DNA from: a virus
Lineage: Duplodnaviria; Caudoviricetes
Reading direction: 5' to 3' (one strand)
DNA length: 26,099 nucleotides
IMG/VR virus record: IMGVR_UViG_3300031519_000192
Coordinates: 1 to 26,099 of that record
The notes beneath the pieces were generated by a model. The model made no database searches. It had not been told where the DNA came from and was given only the letters and a program-made list of their open reading frames with translations. Every line of letters begins with the position of its first letter. Positions within the stretch are counted from its first letter, which is position 1. This document shows, one piece after another, positions 1 through 9,331 of the stretch. Made by a program: the position numbers and the translations under genes.

Positions 1-3000
1 CTGATCCGGTTGCTAGAGCTGATAAAGAACCTGTTGCGGTGTTTAAGTTTGTTTGCACTGTTGCGGCGGCTGCTGATCCACTTAGGACTGCATTAGCTGC
101 AGATCCGGTTGCTAAAGCTGATAAAGAGCCTGTTGCAGTGTTTAAGTTTGTTTGTACTGCTGAAGCAGATGCTGCTGCATTAGCAGCGCTTGAAGTTGCT
201 GCATTTGCAGTACTTTGTGCTGAAGTGATAGAGCCTGTTATGCTTGTAACTGCTGCAGTAGCGGCTGCTGAACCACTTAGGACTGCATTAGCTGCTGATC
301 CGGTTGCTAATGCTGATAAAGATCCGGTTGCAGTATTTAAATTACCCTGTACTGCTGAAGCAGATGCTGCTGCATTTGCGGCTGCTGCTGATCCACTTGC
401 TACTGCGGCTGCAAATTGGTCTGCTGCTGATCCTGTAGCTAAGTCTAATTCAGCTTGGGATGCAAAGTCTGTAGAGTTCGTTACAGTTATACTTCCTTCA
501 ATAGCCAGGTTAGTTCCATCCCATGTTAATTTATCTCCTAAGGAGAAGTTACTACTTGAGTCTAAGTAAAACCCAGTAGAGGCGTCACTATGGGTTCCTT
601 CACCGTTGTATAATTTATTTGATTCTAATGTAATACCTCCTATTTCTCCTGATCTAGCTACAATTTCTCCGTCTACTGTTAGCTCTGATCCATCCCAAGA
701 CATTCCGCTATTACCGCTTCCTGTTAAGTAGAACTCTCCAGATGCAGATAAGTATGCTCCCCACTGGCTAGCACTATAAAATCCTAAGTTTGTAGCATTC
801 ATAAATAATCCTTGACCTGTTGGTGTTGGATTGAATACCACTTTACCGGTTGCATCTACAGTTCTAGATAATGCTGTATTAGCAGAAGCTGTTGCTGCAT
901 TTGCAGTTTGTGCTGCTGTTGTAGCTGTTCCTGATGCTGCAGTAGCGGTTGATTGTGCATTAATGATCGAGCCTGATAGTGATGAGGATACTGCTGCTGC
1001 TGCTGCAGACCCACTAAGTACTGCTGCGGCTGCTGCATCTGTTACAGAGTCATTTGTTGCTGCGTTACCTCCTACTATATTTATTGTACCTGCTATGGTT
1101 AATCCAGTACCGTCCCATTTCAAATAGTTAGTCTCACTTCCTGTTAAGAAGAAGTTACCGTTATTAGCCATGTATGTTTGCCAAGAAGAACCTGAATAGA
1201 ATCCAAGGTTTGTATCCCCAAGGTAGAGACCAGCTGAATCTGGGTTTGGAGTTCTCTGTATCTTACCAGTAGAGTCTGTAAAAGTATCTAAAGCAACAGA
1301 TGCTGAGTTATCGTTAATTAATGTAGATTGATCGTAAGTTGTATCAGCAGACACTACCCATTCAGTTCCTATGTAAACGTATACTTTATTACCGTCATCA
1401 CTGTCTAACCATAAATCACCTTGGTGTCTACTTTCAGTTGCTGGTGCTGATGCTTGTTTAAATATTGAATTTAATCCAGACTGTACTAACGAAAATGCTG
1501 TATTTGTTTGTGCTTGTGATGCTGATAGTTCTGTTGTTGTAGCAGAAGAGGCTGATATTGCAGTGGCTATAGAACCAGATAAAGATCCTGTAGCTGCATC
1601 AGTATGTGCTTGTGCTGCATTTTGTGCTGCAGTTGCTGCTGCAGATCCACTAAGTACTGCATTTTCTGCAGAACCTGATGCAAATGCTTCTGCGGCTGCT
1701 TGAGCGGCTGCTACGGTATCTGATGTTGCTGCGTTTCCTCCTGTAATATTAATTGAACCCTGTATGCTTAGCTGACCTCCATCCCATGCTAGGAAGTTAC
1801 CATCACTCCCAGTTAGGTAGAAGTTACCATTGTTAGCCATATAAGTTCTCCATTCACTTGCTGAATAAAAACCTAATGCGGTGTCTCCTAAATATAAACC
1901 TGCTGATGATGTTGAAGGTGTACCAACTAACATACCTGTATCGCTTGTAAATATATCTAAAGCTACAGATGATGATAATGATGCGGAAGTTGAATTAATT
2001 AATACTGTTTGGTCATAAGTTCCGTCTGGTGTTGCTGCCCAAGCTGCTCCGTTCCAAACATATACTTTGTTACCGTCGTTGGAATCTATCCACATATCTC
2101 CTACAGTTCTACCAGAAGCTGATGGTGCATCGTTTTGTCTAAAAATAGCTGCTTTGCCTGATATTACATTATTTGCAGAATCTAATCCATCTTGTAGTGT
2201 TGCTGATGAAGCACTTATGGATGCAGATAATGCTGCGTTGGAAGCAGATACTCCTGTTGCTATGGAACCTGATACGGTATCAACACTTCCTGTTACGAAA
2301 TCTTGTGTTGCTGCATTACCTCCTGTAATAGTTATTGAACCTTTTATCTCTAGATTACCTGTTGCTGAATCCCAAGATAGTTTATTACCTGCTGAACCTG
2401 TTAGGAAGAAGTCTCCTTGATTGTCCATGTAGGTTTTCCATTCACCGTCTTTATAGAATCCTAAGTTAGTAGACGCTAAGTAAAGTCCTTCTGAGGATGC
2501 TGTAGGAGGTCTTACAGCTCTACCTGAACTATCAGTAAATATTTTTCCATCTAAATTATCCGTTGTAGCAAGAGCTGAAGCTGAATATGCTGCGTCGGAT
2601 GCTGATATTTCTCCGGCTAAGGAACTTGATAGTGAACCGGTTGCTGCGTCTAGTTCTGCTTGGGTTGCTCCTGTACCGCCTGTAATATCTATAGCACCTT
2701 TAATATTAAGTGTGCTGCCGTCCCAGTAGATGTAATTGTTACCTGTTGTAGGTGTACCTACCCTAAACTTACCGGTACCATCCATATATATACCAGTTCC
2801 AGTAGTATTGGTTATAGCGCTAGCAGAAGTACCGGCTGTTATCGTTCCACTGTTTAGAGAACTCGATATCATAAACGTTGGAGTATCCAAAGTAAATGTT
2901 TGTGTCTTTACTACTAAGTTACCGTCTGTAAAATTATCTAAAGAAATAAAGTTACTTGAACCACCAACTTTCCAAGCACCGTCTGTATACCAATAGTTAT

Positions 3001-5593
3001 TGTTGTTAACGTATATACCGTCATTAGTTCCTGAAACATCTCTACCAATTGATATCTTTTGTCCTGTTTCCAATCCTCCTGCTACAGTTGCGACGTGAAG
3101 TATACCTGCTATTGATCCTGTTTCTGCTGTTATAGACCCTTTAAAGAATCCATTTTCAGTATAAAGTCCGAACCCCGGTTCATTATTACCGTATAGGTAT
3201 CCTGATGAAAGTCCAGATAAATCTCCAAGTCTAGATCTAAGCTGTAGATCGTATACCCCTGATCCTGTTCTTTCTACGATATCCATATAAGGAGTAGAAA
3301 TATCTCTAGGATTAGCATTCATCATTATGTACCCAGATGAAATATCTTCTTCCGGATTATAAACTCCTGTTGATACTATAACCTGTCCTTCATTATAAGC
3401 TACAGGTGAAGAAACTAAACCGCTTAAAAATTCTTTATCCGTATCTATTAAGAATACAGTATTACCGGATACATGTGAGTCTGCTGTAGAATCGTGATAC
3501 CCTCTTATTACTGTTAATACGGTACCTGCAATGTTTGTTACTTTTAATCTCTCTGTTCCAATTTTAATAATACTCTGTAAAAGAAAACCTGAGTTAGATG
3601 CTACCTCAATTGTAGTTTCTGATGTTGTTGATATATTTGTAGTAATCGTAGTTAAGGATGCTGATACAGAAGGTGCTGCTCCTCCGTACCCTCTTTCGAC
3701 ATACAATTCTCCTGCTAATCCATCAGGATCTAATGAACCTGTTTCATATACTATTGAACTATCCGATGAGTATCTTTTTGAACCTGAGACGTATAGATAC
3801 TCTAAACTAAATCCGGTATTACTTACAGATTTGATTTTCAATATTTCACCTTCTTTAAACCCAGAAACATTAGCTACAGAGAATGTAACTGCATTGGCTG
3901 CGTATGAGGAAGATCCGGCTATTATTGTACCTGTTTCTGATCGTAAAGGTTCTATTGTAGTTGAATTAGCAATCATCAATTGGCCACCAACAACGTTAAC
4001 AGATTCTTTTTCAAATACTGTAGTACGTAAAGTACCACGTATTCTCATGTTTTCAAATTCTGCTGAACCGTTACCTAGTGTATCTATTCTCCAACCTTTT
4101 ACATTTGATACAAAGTTAGATGATTCTAATCGACCACTAGAATGTATTATAAGCCCGTTTTCGGTAGAACTATACTGCTCTCCAAATCCTGCTGATGGGA
4201 CTGTTCTTATTTGTGAGTCAGTAACTTCCCATCCCCCTATTTTATTCCCTTGTTGACCAAACATTGCAATGGTGTTAGCACTTCCTGTACCTAGCCCATT
4301 AAATATTTTAATCCCATATAAGTCTGAAGCTGCATCAGAGATTTCTCCTAATCTTATTATTTCTGCAGATGCTGAGTTAAATATGTTAAGTCTCTGTGTG
4401 CTTGAGTCTATATCAAAATTAGTCGTGTCTAACTTAAATGTATCGGTTTTAATATCAATACCACTGGTGCTGTCAAACCTTACGTAGTTACTTGCATCCT
4501 TAGTGAGATCGAACGTAGGAATGGTTGAATCCATCCCTATTATTATACCTGCATCATTTGTGCCAAAAGCAGTCTTAGCTCCTGCTACAAGAAATGCATC
4601 AGTTGCTGTTGCAACTAATTTTACTTTATTTGCTTGTCCTACTTCTATTGTAGATGTAGAACCTAATAGTTTTATTCCTGCTCCTAAAGACATAGATGCT
4701 TCTGTAGAAGATATTTCTATATTTGAAGCTGATATTTCTAGAAGAGCTGTGGAGAGGCTTACATTTGTTCCGTCAAACTTAACAAAACTTCCTGTTGCAT
4801 CTCCTACATAAAATCTCGGTGCACCATTGTTATATTCTAACTGTATACCCTTATTTCCAAAAGTAGAATCGTTAATTGAGATGCTTTCATTAGTTGCATC
4901 TAAAACTATGTGTGTAGACTTTGCTATTGTACTATTGGTAATACCCCATCCTGCTATAGTTCCTCCTGAAAATAAAACTGCTGAACCGGTTATATCTCCA
5001 TTACCTTTTACGTTAAATTTAGATGCTGATATGAAGTATCCATCTGCTCCTGCAGAACCGGATATATAGAAAGAAGGTACTCCTAGTGTTGTAGGTCCGT
5101 GTATGGCATCTGATGTTAGTCCAAAGCCACCTATATTTCCTGATGTAGCTGTGATGTTACCGGATATAACTGCTCCTGAAGCGTGTAGGAATCCACTAGA
5201 GGATATTGCGAAATTAGATCCAAAATGCACAAAGTAAGGGGCTGATGCTGCAGGATCAAAGTCTATGTACCATTCATCGGAAGAAAGACTTCCGTCAATT
5301 GATCCAGGTCCTTTTGTTTTGTCGTAAAATTGCCCTTGAAGTAAATCAAGAATCATTCTACTACCTGTCACTTGACTATTAGCAATATAAACGTTTCCTA
5401 TTGATCCACCATTAGCTTGAAAGTCAGCGAATGCTTCTCCTCCAATTGGTACATTTACGGTTACACCGTCTTTTCTCTGTAGTGATAAGTTATTTTCGCT
5501 AAAAGAAGCAGTAAAGAAAAACGACCTAAAATTTGCATCAACTTCTTGGTGCGTTAAAGGAGCGTTTTTTTCATCTCTAAAAGTAATTGCCAT
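1..5593 (-). CDS. Giant repetitive tail fibre/adhesin, >1860 aa, 3' end runs off the window (not in ORF track)
   Basis: ATG at 5593-5591 gives MAITFRDEKNAPLTHQEVDANF. Manual translation stays in this frame to position 2 (...VQTNLNTATGSLSALATGS). The track reports no stop-terminated ORF in this frame, consistent with an open-ended ORF. Fibre-type motifs include SSNFVSNVKGWRIDTLGNGSAEFENMRIRG, RLGDLSGL..GFGLYTENGFFKG, GDxWxDSxDGNKVY and Ala-rich linkers. Confidence 0.9.
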   Translation of the reverse strand, partial: MAITFRDEKNAPLTHQEVDANFRSFFFTASFSENNLSLQRKDGVTVNVPIGGEAFADFQANGGSIGNVYIANSQVTGSRMILDLLQGQFYDKTKGPGSIDGSLSSDEWYIDFDPAASAPYFVHFGSNFAISSSGFLHASGAVISGNITATSGNIGGFGLTSDAIHGPTTLGVPSFYISGSAGADGYFISASKFNVKGNGDITGSAVLFSGGTIAGWGITNSTIAKSTHIVLDATNESISINDSTFGNKGIQLEYNNGAPRFYVGDATGSFVKFDGTNVSLSTALLEISASNIEISSTEASMSLGAGIKLLGSTSTIEVGQANKVKLVATATDAFLVAGAKTAFGTNDAGIIIGMDSTIPTFDLTKDASNYVRFDSTSGIDIKTDTFKLDTTNFDIDSSTQRLNIFNSASAEIIRLGEISDAASDLYGIKIFNGLGTGSANTIAMFGQQGNKIGGWEVTDSQIRTVPSAGFGEQYSSTENGLIIHSSGRLESSNFVSNVKGWRIDTLGNGSAEFENMRIRGTLRTTVFEKESVNVVGGQLMIANSTTIEPLRSETGTIIAGSSSYAANAVTFSVANVSGFKEGEILKIKSVSNTGFSLEYLYVSGSKRYSSDSSIVYETGSLDPDGLAGELYVERGYGGAAPSVSASLTTITTNISTTSETTIEVASNSGFLLQSIIKIGTERLKVTNIAGTVLTVIRGYHDSTADSHVSGNTVFLIDTDKEFLSGLVSSPVAYNEGQVIVSTGVYNPEEDISSGYIMMNANPRDISTPYMDIVERTGSGVYDLQLRSRLGDLSGLSSGYLYGNNEPGFGLYTENGFFKGSITAETGSIAGILHVATVAGGLETGQKISIGRDVSGTNDGIYVNNNNYWYTDGAWKVGGSSNFISLDNFTDGNLVVKTQTFTLDTPTFMISSSLNSGTITAGTSASAITNTTGTGIYMDGTGKFRVGTPTTGNNYIYWDGSTLNIKGAIDITGGTGATQAELDAATGSLSSSLAGEISASDAAYSASALATTDNLDGKIFTDSSGRAVRPPTASSEGLYLASTNLGFYKDGEWKTYMDNQGDFFLTGSAGNKLSWDSATGNLEIKGSITITGGNAATQDFVTGSVDTVSGSIATGVSASNAALSASISASSATLQDGLDSANNVISGKAAIFRQNDAPSASGRTVGDMWIDSNDGNKVYVWNGAAWAATPDGTYDQTVLINSTSASLSSSVALDIFTSDTGMLVGTPSTSSAGLYLGDTALGFYSASEWRTYMANNGNFYLTGSDGNFLAWDGGQLSIQGSINITGGNAATSDTVAAAQAAAEAFASGSAENAVLSGSAAATAAQNAAQAHTDAATGSLSGSIATAISASSATTTELSASQAQTNTAFSLVQSGLNSIFKQASAPATESRHQGDLWLDSDDGNKVYVYIGTEWVVSADTTYDQSTLINDNSASVALDTFTDSTGKIQRTPNPDSAGLYLGDTNLGFYSGSSWQTYMANNGNFFLTGSETNYLKWDGTGLTIAGTINIVGGNAATNDSVTDAAAAAVLSGSAAAAAVSSSLSGSIINAQSTATAASGTATTAAQTANAATASANTALSRTVDATGKVVFNPTPTGQGLFMNATNLGFYSASQWGAYLSASGEFYLTGSGNSGMSWDGSELTVDGEIVARSGEIGGITLESNKLYNGEGTHSDASTGFYLDSSSNFSLGDKLTWDGTNLAIEGSITVTNSTDFASQAELDLATGSAADQFAAAVASGSAAAANAAASASAVQGNLNTATGSLSALATGSAANAVLSGSAAATAAVTSITGSITSAQSTANAATSSAANAAASASAVQTNLNTATGSLSALATGSAANAVLSGSAAAATVQTNLNTATGSLSALATGS
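3..372. repeat. Imperfect in-frame direct repeats encoding (VQ)xNLNTATGSLSALATGS(AANAVLSGSAAA)
   Basis: The unit gatccggttgcta.(a/t)gctgataaaga..c.gttgc.gt.tttaa begins at 3, 102 and 297. Spacings of 99 and 195 nt are both multiples of 3. Confidence 0.85.
670..2488 (-). repeat. Four copies of a ~55-60 aa beta module (GLYL..T.LGFY....W.TYM.N.G.F.LTGS....L.WDG..L.I.G.I) within the giant fibre
   Basis: Modules start at 2488, 1900, 1231 and 811, all in frame. They are separated by Ala/Ser-rich spacers, two of which carry a GDxWxDSxDGNKVYV unit (~2040-2125 and ~1360-1445). Confidence 0.85.
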
Positions 5594-5609
5594 TCTATAA
5601 GTCCTTTAT

Positions 5610-5617
5610 TATAAATA
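5610..5617 (-). promoter_or_regulatory. TATTTATA motif, putative late promoter of the giant fibre gene
   Basis: Coding-strand TATTTATA 16 nt upstream of ATG 5593 in a 40-nt gap. The same octamer recurs in other gaps. Confidence 0.6.
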
Positions 5618-5633
5618 CGCTCTAATTCTCTAA

Positions 5634-7271
5634 TTAGCCAGTATACATAATAAATGCTAAGGCATAAAAGCGAGGAACGTGGTATGATGTTGTTATTGTG
5701 TGATTATGTCCTTGTCCTGATCCTTGATTGTTTGTAGTTCCGGATCTCCAGTATACCCATCTGTTGTCTCCGTCACTATCTCCACTACCTTTGTAATGTG
5801 TTCCTCCTACATAGTCTGCTCCACCTATAGTACCACCAGCTCCTTGACCTGGATTGTTGTATTCTATATAGTAAGAATCTTTATATGTATGATTATGTGA
5901 AGGTAATTGAGCAGTACTAAGTGATGTTGCATTAACAGTTCCGAAGTGATCGTGATTTGTATTACCTCCTGTTGCTACTGCACTTCCTGATATTGTTGTT
6001 GTTGGAGTTCCTGAGGTGTTATTAGAAGAGATTACGAATCTATTTCTTAAATCTGGTGTGGCAACTGAATTATATGTTTGTCCGTCGCAAAGATTCCAGC
6101 CTGTTGGAAGTGATTGTACTGCTCCTGACCACATTATAATACCTCCTTGTGGGATTGGTGCTGCATTAACTTGTTTTGTTACAGAACCGTTTGACTCTCT
6201 TACTAAGAAATTATAATTAGTGGCTGATGAGGCATTAGCAACTGAGTTTAGAGTTAACGTTCCGGATAGTACTGTTGATTGGCTAACAATTAAATTACCG
6301 TTAGACGTAATAGACCCTGTTACAACTGCATTACCCCCTACATTAAGACCGTTAGATCCAGAGATACTTCCTACTACACTAAGTTGATAACCTGCAGGTG
6401 GGTTAGATGTTCCTATTCCAACTCTACCATCTGCAGCAAAATTAGCTACAAGTTTATTATATGTTGGTTCGTTACTTGAGGTAGGAGGAGCAGACATAAT
6501 TGCGAATGCTTCATTTCCTGTAGTAGATTGAATACCCATTACTACGTGTGCAGCTTGTGGACCTTCTAGAATAATACCTCTTTCATTCCCTATTAAAAGG
6601 TTATTACCTGTATTACTCTCTATCCTCGGATTACCTGAATCCCATGTAAATAGTTTAGACCTATAAGTGTCTTCATGTGTCTTTCCAAATATAACGCTCC
6701 CGCTAATTACAAAATCTCCAAGAGTAGATGAACTACCTTTATGTGTAATCTTTCCATCTCCTTTTATTCTCAATGCTTCAGACGCTCCTGTATAGAAGAT
6801 TATATCTGAGTTGTTATCGTTATGCCAGTTCCTTACTGTAAGGTCTCTCGTTGTACCTCCGTAGCTTAAACTAGCAGATAGACTTCCTTGTGCAAGGTAA
6901 AGTGAACTATCATCTAAGACCATGTTACCACCTTCTATCCTAAATTTCTCTCCAGTTTCCAAAGATGAAGTTCCTATAGCAACTCCGTTTTTAGCTGAGT
7001 CATATACAAGGCCTGATGCTCCGGCAAAGTTTGTACCGTCTAAGTTATATTGAAATGTATTTACATTTCCTGCTACTTCCGAAGAACCGGTATAAGTGTT
7101 TAAAGCTACATTAATGCCTCCAGCACTTTGTAAACTACTTCCTGTATAATGTAAAGTTAATTGTTTACTATCTGAACTAACAGAAGCTGAGTAGAAATAC
7201 TCATGAAAATTAATATCTAATTCTTCATAAGATAATGCGGATCCTTTATTTTTTCTTAGAGTTATTGCCAT
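5634..7271 (-). CDS. Tail fibre with phage tail-collar domain and HxH metal-binding tip (T4 gp12/gp37-tip-like)
   Basis: PIPQGGIIMWSG..LPTGWNLCDG..TPDLRNRFVI matches the collar-domain pattern. HDH, HNH and HNH motifs follow, then a PRFYALAFIMY terminus. GRVGIGTSNP is a fibre-type motif. Confidence 0.85.
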   Translation of the reverse strand: MAITLRKNKGSALSYEELDINFHEYFYSASVSSDSKQLTLHYTGSSLQSAGGINVALNTYTGSSEVAGNVNTFQYNLDGTNFAGASGLVYDSAKNGVAIGTSSLETGEKFRIEGGNMVLDDSSLYLAQGSLSASLSYGGTTRDLTVRNWHNDNNSDIIFYTGASEALRIKGDGKITHKGSSSTLGDFVISGSVIFGKTHEDTYRSKLFTWDSGNPRIESNTGNNLLIGNERGIILEGPQAAHVVMGIQSTTGNEAFAIMSAPPTSSNEPTYNKLVANFAADGRVGIGTSNPPAGYQLSVVGSISGSNGLNVGGNAVVTGSITSNGNLIVSQSTVLSGTLTLNSVANASSATNYNFLVRESNGSVTKQVNAAPIPQGGIIMWSGAVQSLPTGWNLCDGQTYNSVATPDLRNRFVISSNNTSGTPTTTISGSAVATGGNTNHDHFGTVNATSLSTAQLPSHNHTYKDSYYIEYNNPGQGAGGTIGGADYVGGTHYKGSGDSDGDNRWVYWRSGTTNNQGSGQGHNHTITTSYHVPRFYALAFIMYTG

Positions 7272-7273
7272 GA

Positions 7274-8317
7274 TTACATATCTAATTTTACGACTACTGT
7301 TGTTTCATTATTGTTTGATACAGGTACGGGTTGTGCCATTTTTCCTACGGCTACTAGTTCGTTTGCATCGTTATACAGTCCCACTGTTGTGAAGTATGGA
7401 TCAAAATAGCTTCCAGTAGTATTGTCAGCTCTTGAACCACTTCCGTCTTTTATTATAGAAGGATTTAAACTAAAGTTATATTCTTCTTCTTTAATAGGAC
7501 AGTGGTAAGTATAAGTATAAATAGGATGAGATGATTGCCAAGTTAGGCTTCCTGAGAAATAGTTTGCATAGTATGAACCTACTGCTGGGTTTGTTATTAC
7601 AACTAAGCCGTGTGAGTAAATAACGTTACCTACAACTCTGTGAGGACTAGAAGCAGAAAGGATTAAGTTCCCATTTCCATCATCAATTAAATCTGTACCG
7701 TAATCATCAAAGCCGGGTACAACAAACTCTTCTACTGTTTCGTTAATGTAGTTACCTTCATCTTCAACATATTCTCCATCATTAAGTACGTTAGTACCGC
7801 CGTATAATGTATCAATTTCTTGAGCATAACTTTCACTAGCGTAGTTTCCATTAGCATCACTTGAGGTGAATACAAAGTTAGAGCCTGATGTTTGTGTAGG
7901 GGTTGTTAGTCTAACGCTTCCTGGTTTAATATTATCGCCTACAAATTTTCTCGGTATAGATAGTACTGTGAATTTATCTTGAGCTCTTCGCTGATTAACA
8001 GTGTAGGAGCTTTGAAGGTAGTTTTCGTATGCAGACCCGGACATTTCGTTAACTATGTCTATAGGTTCTCCTTTATTAAATCCTGAGTAATATAAATGGT
8101 GAATGCTGTTGTAGACTAAACGGGTATAATGTTGATAATCTGTTCCATCTAATCTTGAATCTGCACCTGTTGGTAACCATTCTCCAGAACCAGAAATACC
8201 TATATAAGTTTCAACACCGTAGTCGCTATGTTGACTTCCACTAATAGTATAAGTCTTATGAGCTACATACGTTGTTATATATGAATCTTCTGTTTTTAGT
8301 TTTTTGTAAGCAGCCAT
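7274..8317 (-). CDS. Virion structural protein (baseplate/fibre attachment), paralogue of 8321-9325
   Basis: 347-aa ORF with C-terminus YFTTVGLYNDANELVAVGKMAQP..VVVKLDM. Shares KPG(S/T), EEEYNFSLNPS-like and C-terminal blocks with its neighbour. Confidence 0.75.
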   Translation of the reverse strand: MAAYKKLKTEDSYITTYVAHKTYTISGSQHSDYGVETYIGISGSGEWLPTGADSRLDGTDYQHYTRLVYNSIHHLYYSGFNKGEPIDIVNEMSGSAYENYLQSSYTVNQRRAQDKFTVLSIPRKFVGDNIKPGSVRLTTPTQTSGSNFVFTSSDANGNYASESYAQEIDTLYGGTNVLNDGEYVEDEGNYINETVEEFVVPGFDDYGTDLIDDGNGNLILSASSPHRVVGNVIYSHGLVVITNPAVGSYYANYFSGSLTWQSSHPIYTYTYHCPIKEEEYNFSLNPSIIKDGSGSRADNTTGSYFDPYFTTVGLYNDANELVAVGKMAQPVPVSNNNETTVVVKLDM

Positions 8318-8320
8318 TCA

Positions 8321-9325
8321 TTAATAATCAAGTTTGATTCTTACTAGAGCTTCTTTAGTAAAATCCTTCAATAAAGGTTTTGATAATTTAGCTACACCTA
8401 GTAAATCATTATTATCATTGTAAAGTCCTACAGATGTAATATATGACTGAGGATTATTTACCATTGAGTTATGTCTTAGTTCTCCAGAACCTGTAATATT
8501 AGATGGGTTGTTAGAATAGTTAAATTCTCCATTTCTTACTCTTACAAAAACATAATTAGAAGATATAGTTTCTTCTGAGTTTAAGCTAAAGTTGGACAGT
8601 CTTGTTTGTAATAAACCGTTATTAGCTCCATTAGCATCTGATGATCCTGTTGTGAAGTTAAGATTCGGTAAATGGTTATCTAAGGCTTGAGCGTTTAAAA
8701 GTATAACTCCAATATCTGGTAAGAATAAACCAAATGATGCTACGTATCCGTTTGTAGCAGAGAATCCTGTTCCTCCATCATATGCTGAACCTGCTGATCC
8801 GCTAATTACTTGGTATACTCTTCCTGCATCATTGTATGATACGGTAGAGGTTTGTGCACTATTATCAGTAAGGACTACAGTCTGTGATCCATCTGCTAAA
8901 GTTAAAGAGAATGTACCTGGTAAAAGCTTTTCTTTATATCTTGCTCTATCTACAGTAATAGCGTAAAATCCTTTTGTAGAAGCTATACCTCCAAAAAGTA
9001 GTTGTTGCTCTTCATCTCCGAGTACTAAATTTCTATATTGTCCGTAGATTGTAGAGGAAGGTGATTTTCCTGCAACGTTAGTATTATAAGGTGATGATCC
9101 TACTCCGTCTGGATGACCATACGCAATAGAGAATTGTGTAGTTGCTGTAGAAACTGAAGAACCTGTCTGAAATACATTTAAGTAGTAGTCGCCGCTCGTT
9201 GCTGCTTCCTGTGTTGAAGATGTTTCAAAAGTAGTGAGCTGGTATGTATCAGTCGACCATACGGTAGATGATATTGAATCTGCACTTACTATTACGTCTT
9301 CGTTATCGAATTGTTTAAATGACAT
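8321..9325 (-). CDS. Virion structural protein (baseplate/fibre attachment), paralogue of 7274-8317
   Basis: 334-aa ORF with GEFNYSNNPS and YITSVGLYNDNNDLLGVAKLSKP..VRIKLDY. The C-terminal motif resembles the second half of the P2 gpH N-terminal (DUF3751-like) domain. Confidence 0.75.
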   Translation of the reverse strand: MSFKQFDNEDVIVSADSISSTVWSTDTYQLTTFETSSTQEAATSGDYYLNVFQTGSSVSTATTQFSIAYGHPDGVGSSPYNTNVAGKSPSSTIYGQYRNLVLGDEEQQLLFGGIASTKGFYAITVDRARYKEKLLPGTFSLTLADGSQTVVLTDNSAQTSTVSYNDAGRVYQVISGSAGSAYDGGTGFSATNGYVASFGLFLPDIGVILLNAQALDNHLPNLNFTTGSSDANGANNGLLQTRLSNFSLNSEETISSNYVFVRVRNGEFNYSNNPSNITGSGELRHNSMVNNPQSYITSVGLYNDNNDLLGVAKLSKPLLKDFTKEALVRIKLDY

Positions 9326-9331
9326 ATCTTA

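Noticed and set aside
3-372. Possible CRISPR array or DGR template/variable repeat pair
   Set aside because: The repeats are in-frame coding units with mostly synonymous differences. There are no unique spacers, no clear adenine-specific pattern and no reverse transcriptase in the window.
39-5069. Plus-strand ORFs in the track (39-569, 831-1127, 2067-2420, 2660-2857, 2736-2996, 3531-4256, 4269-4487, 4503-4811, 4827-5069) and the Gln-rich minus ORF 856-1038
   Set aside because: Antisense or off-frame shadows of the giant minus-strand fibre gene; their Ala/Val/Pro or Gln bias mirrors its GCA/GCT/GGA/TCA codons.
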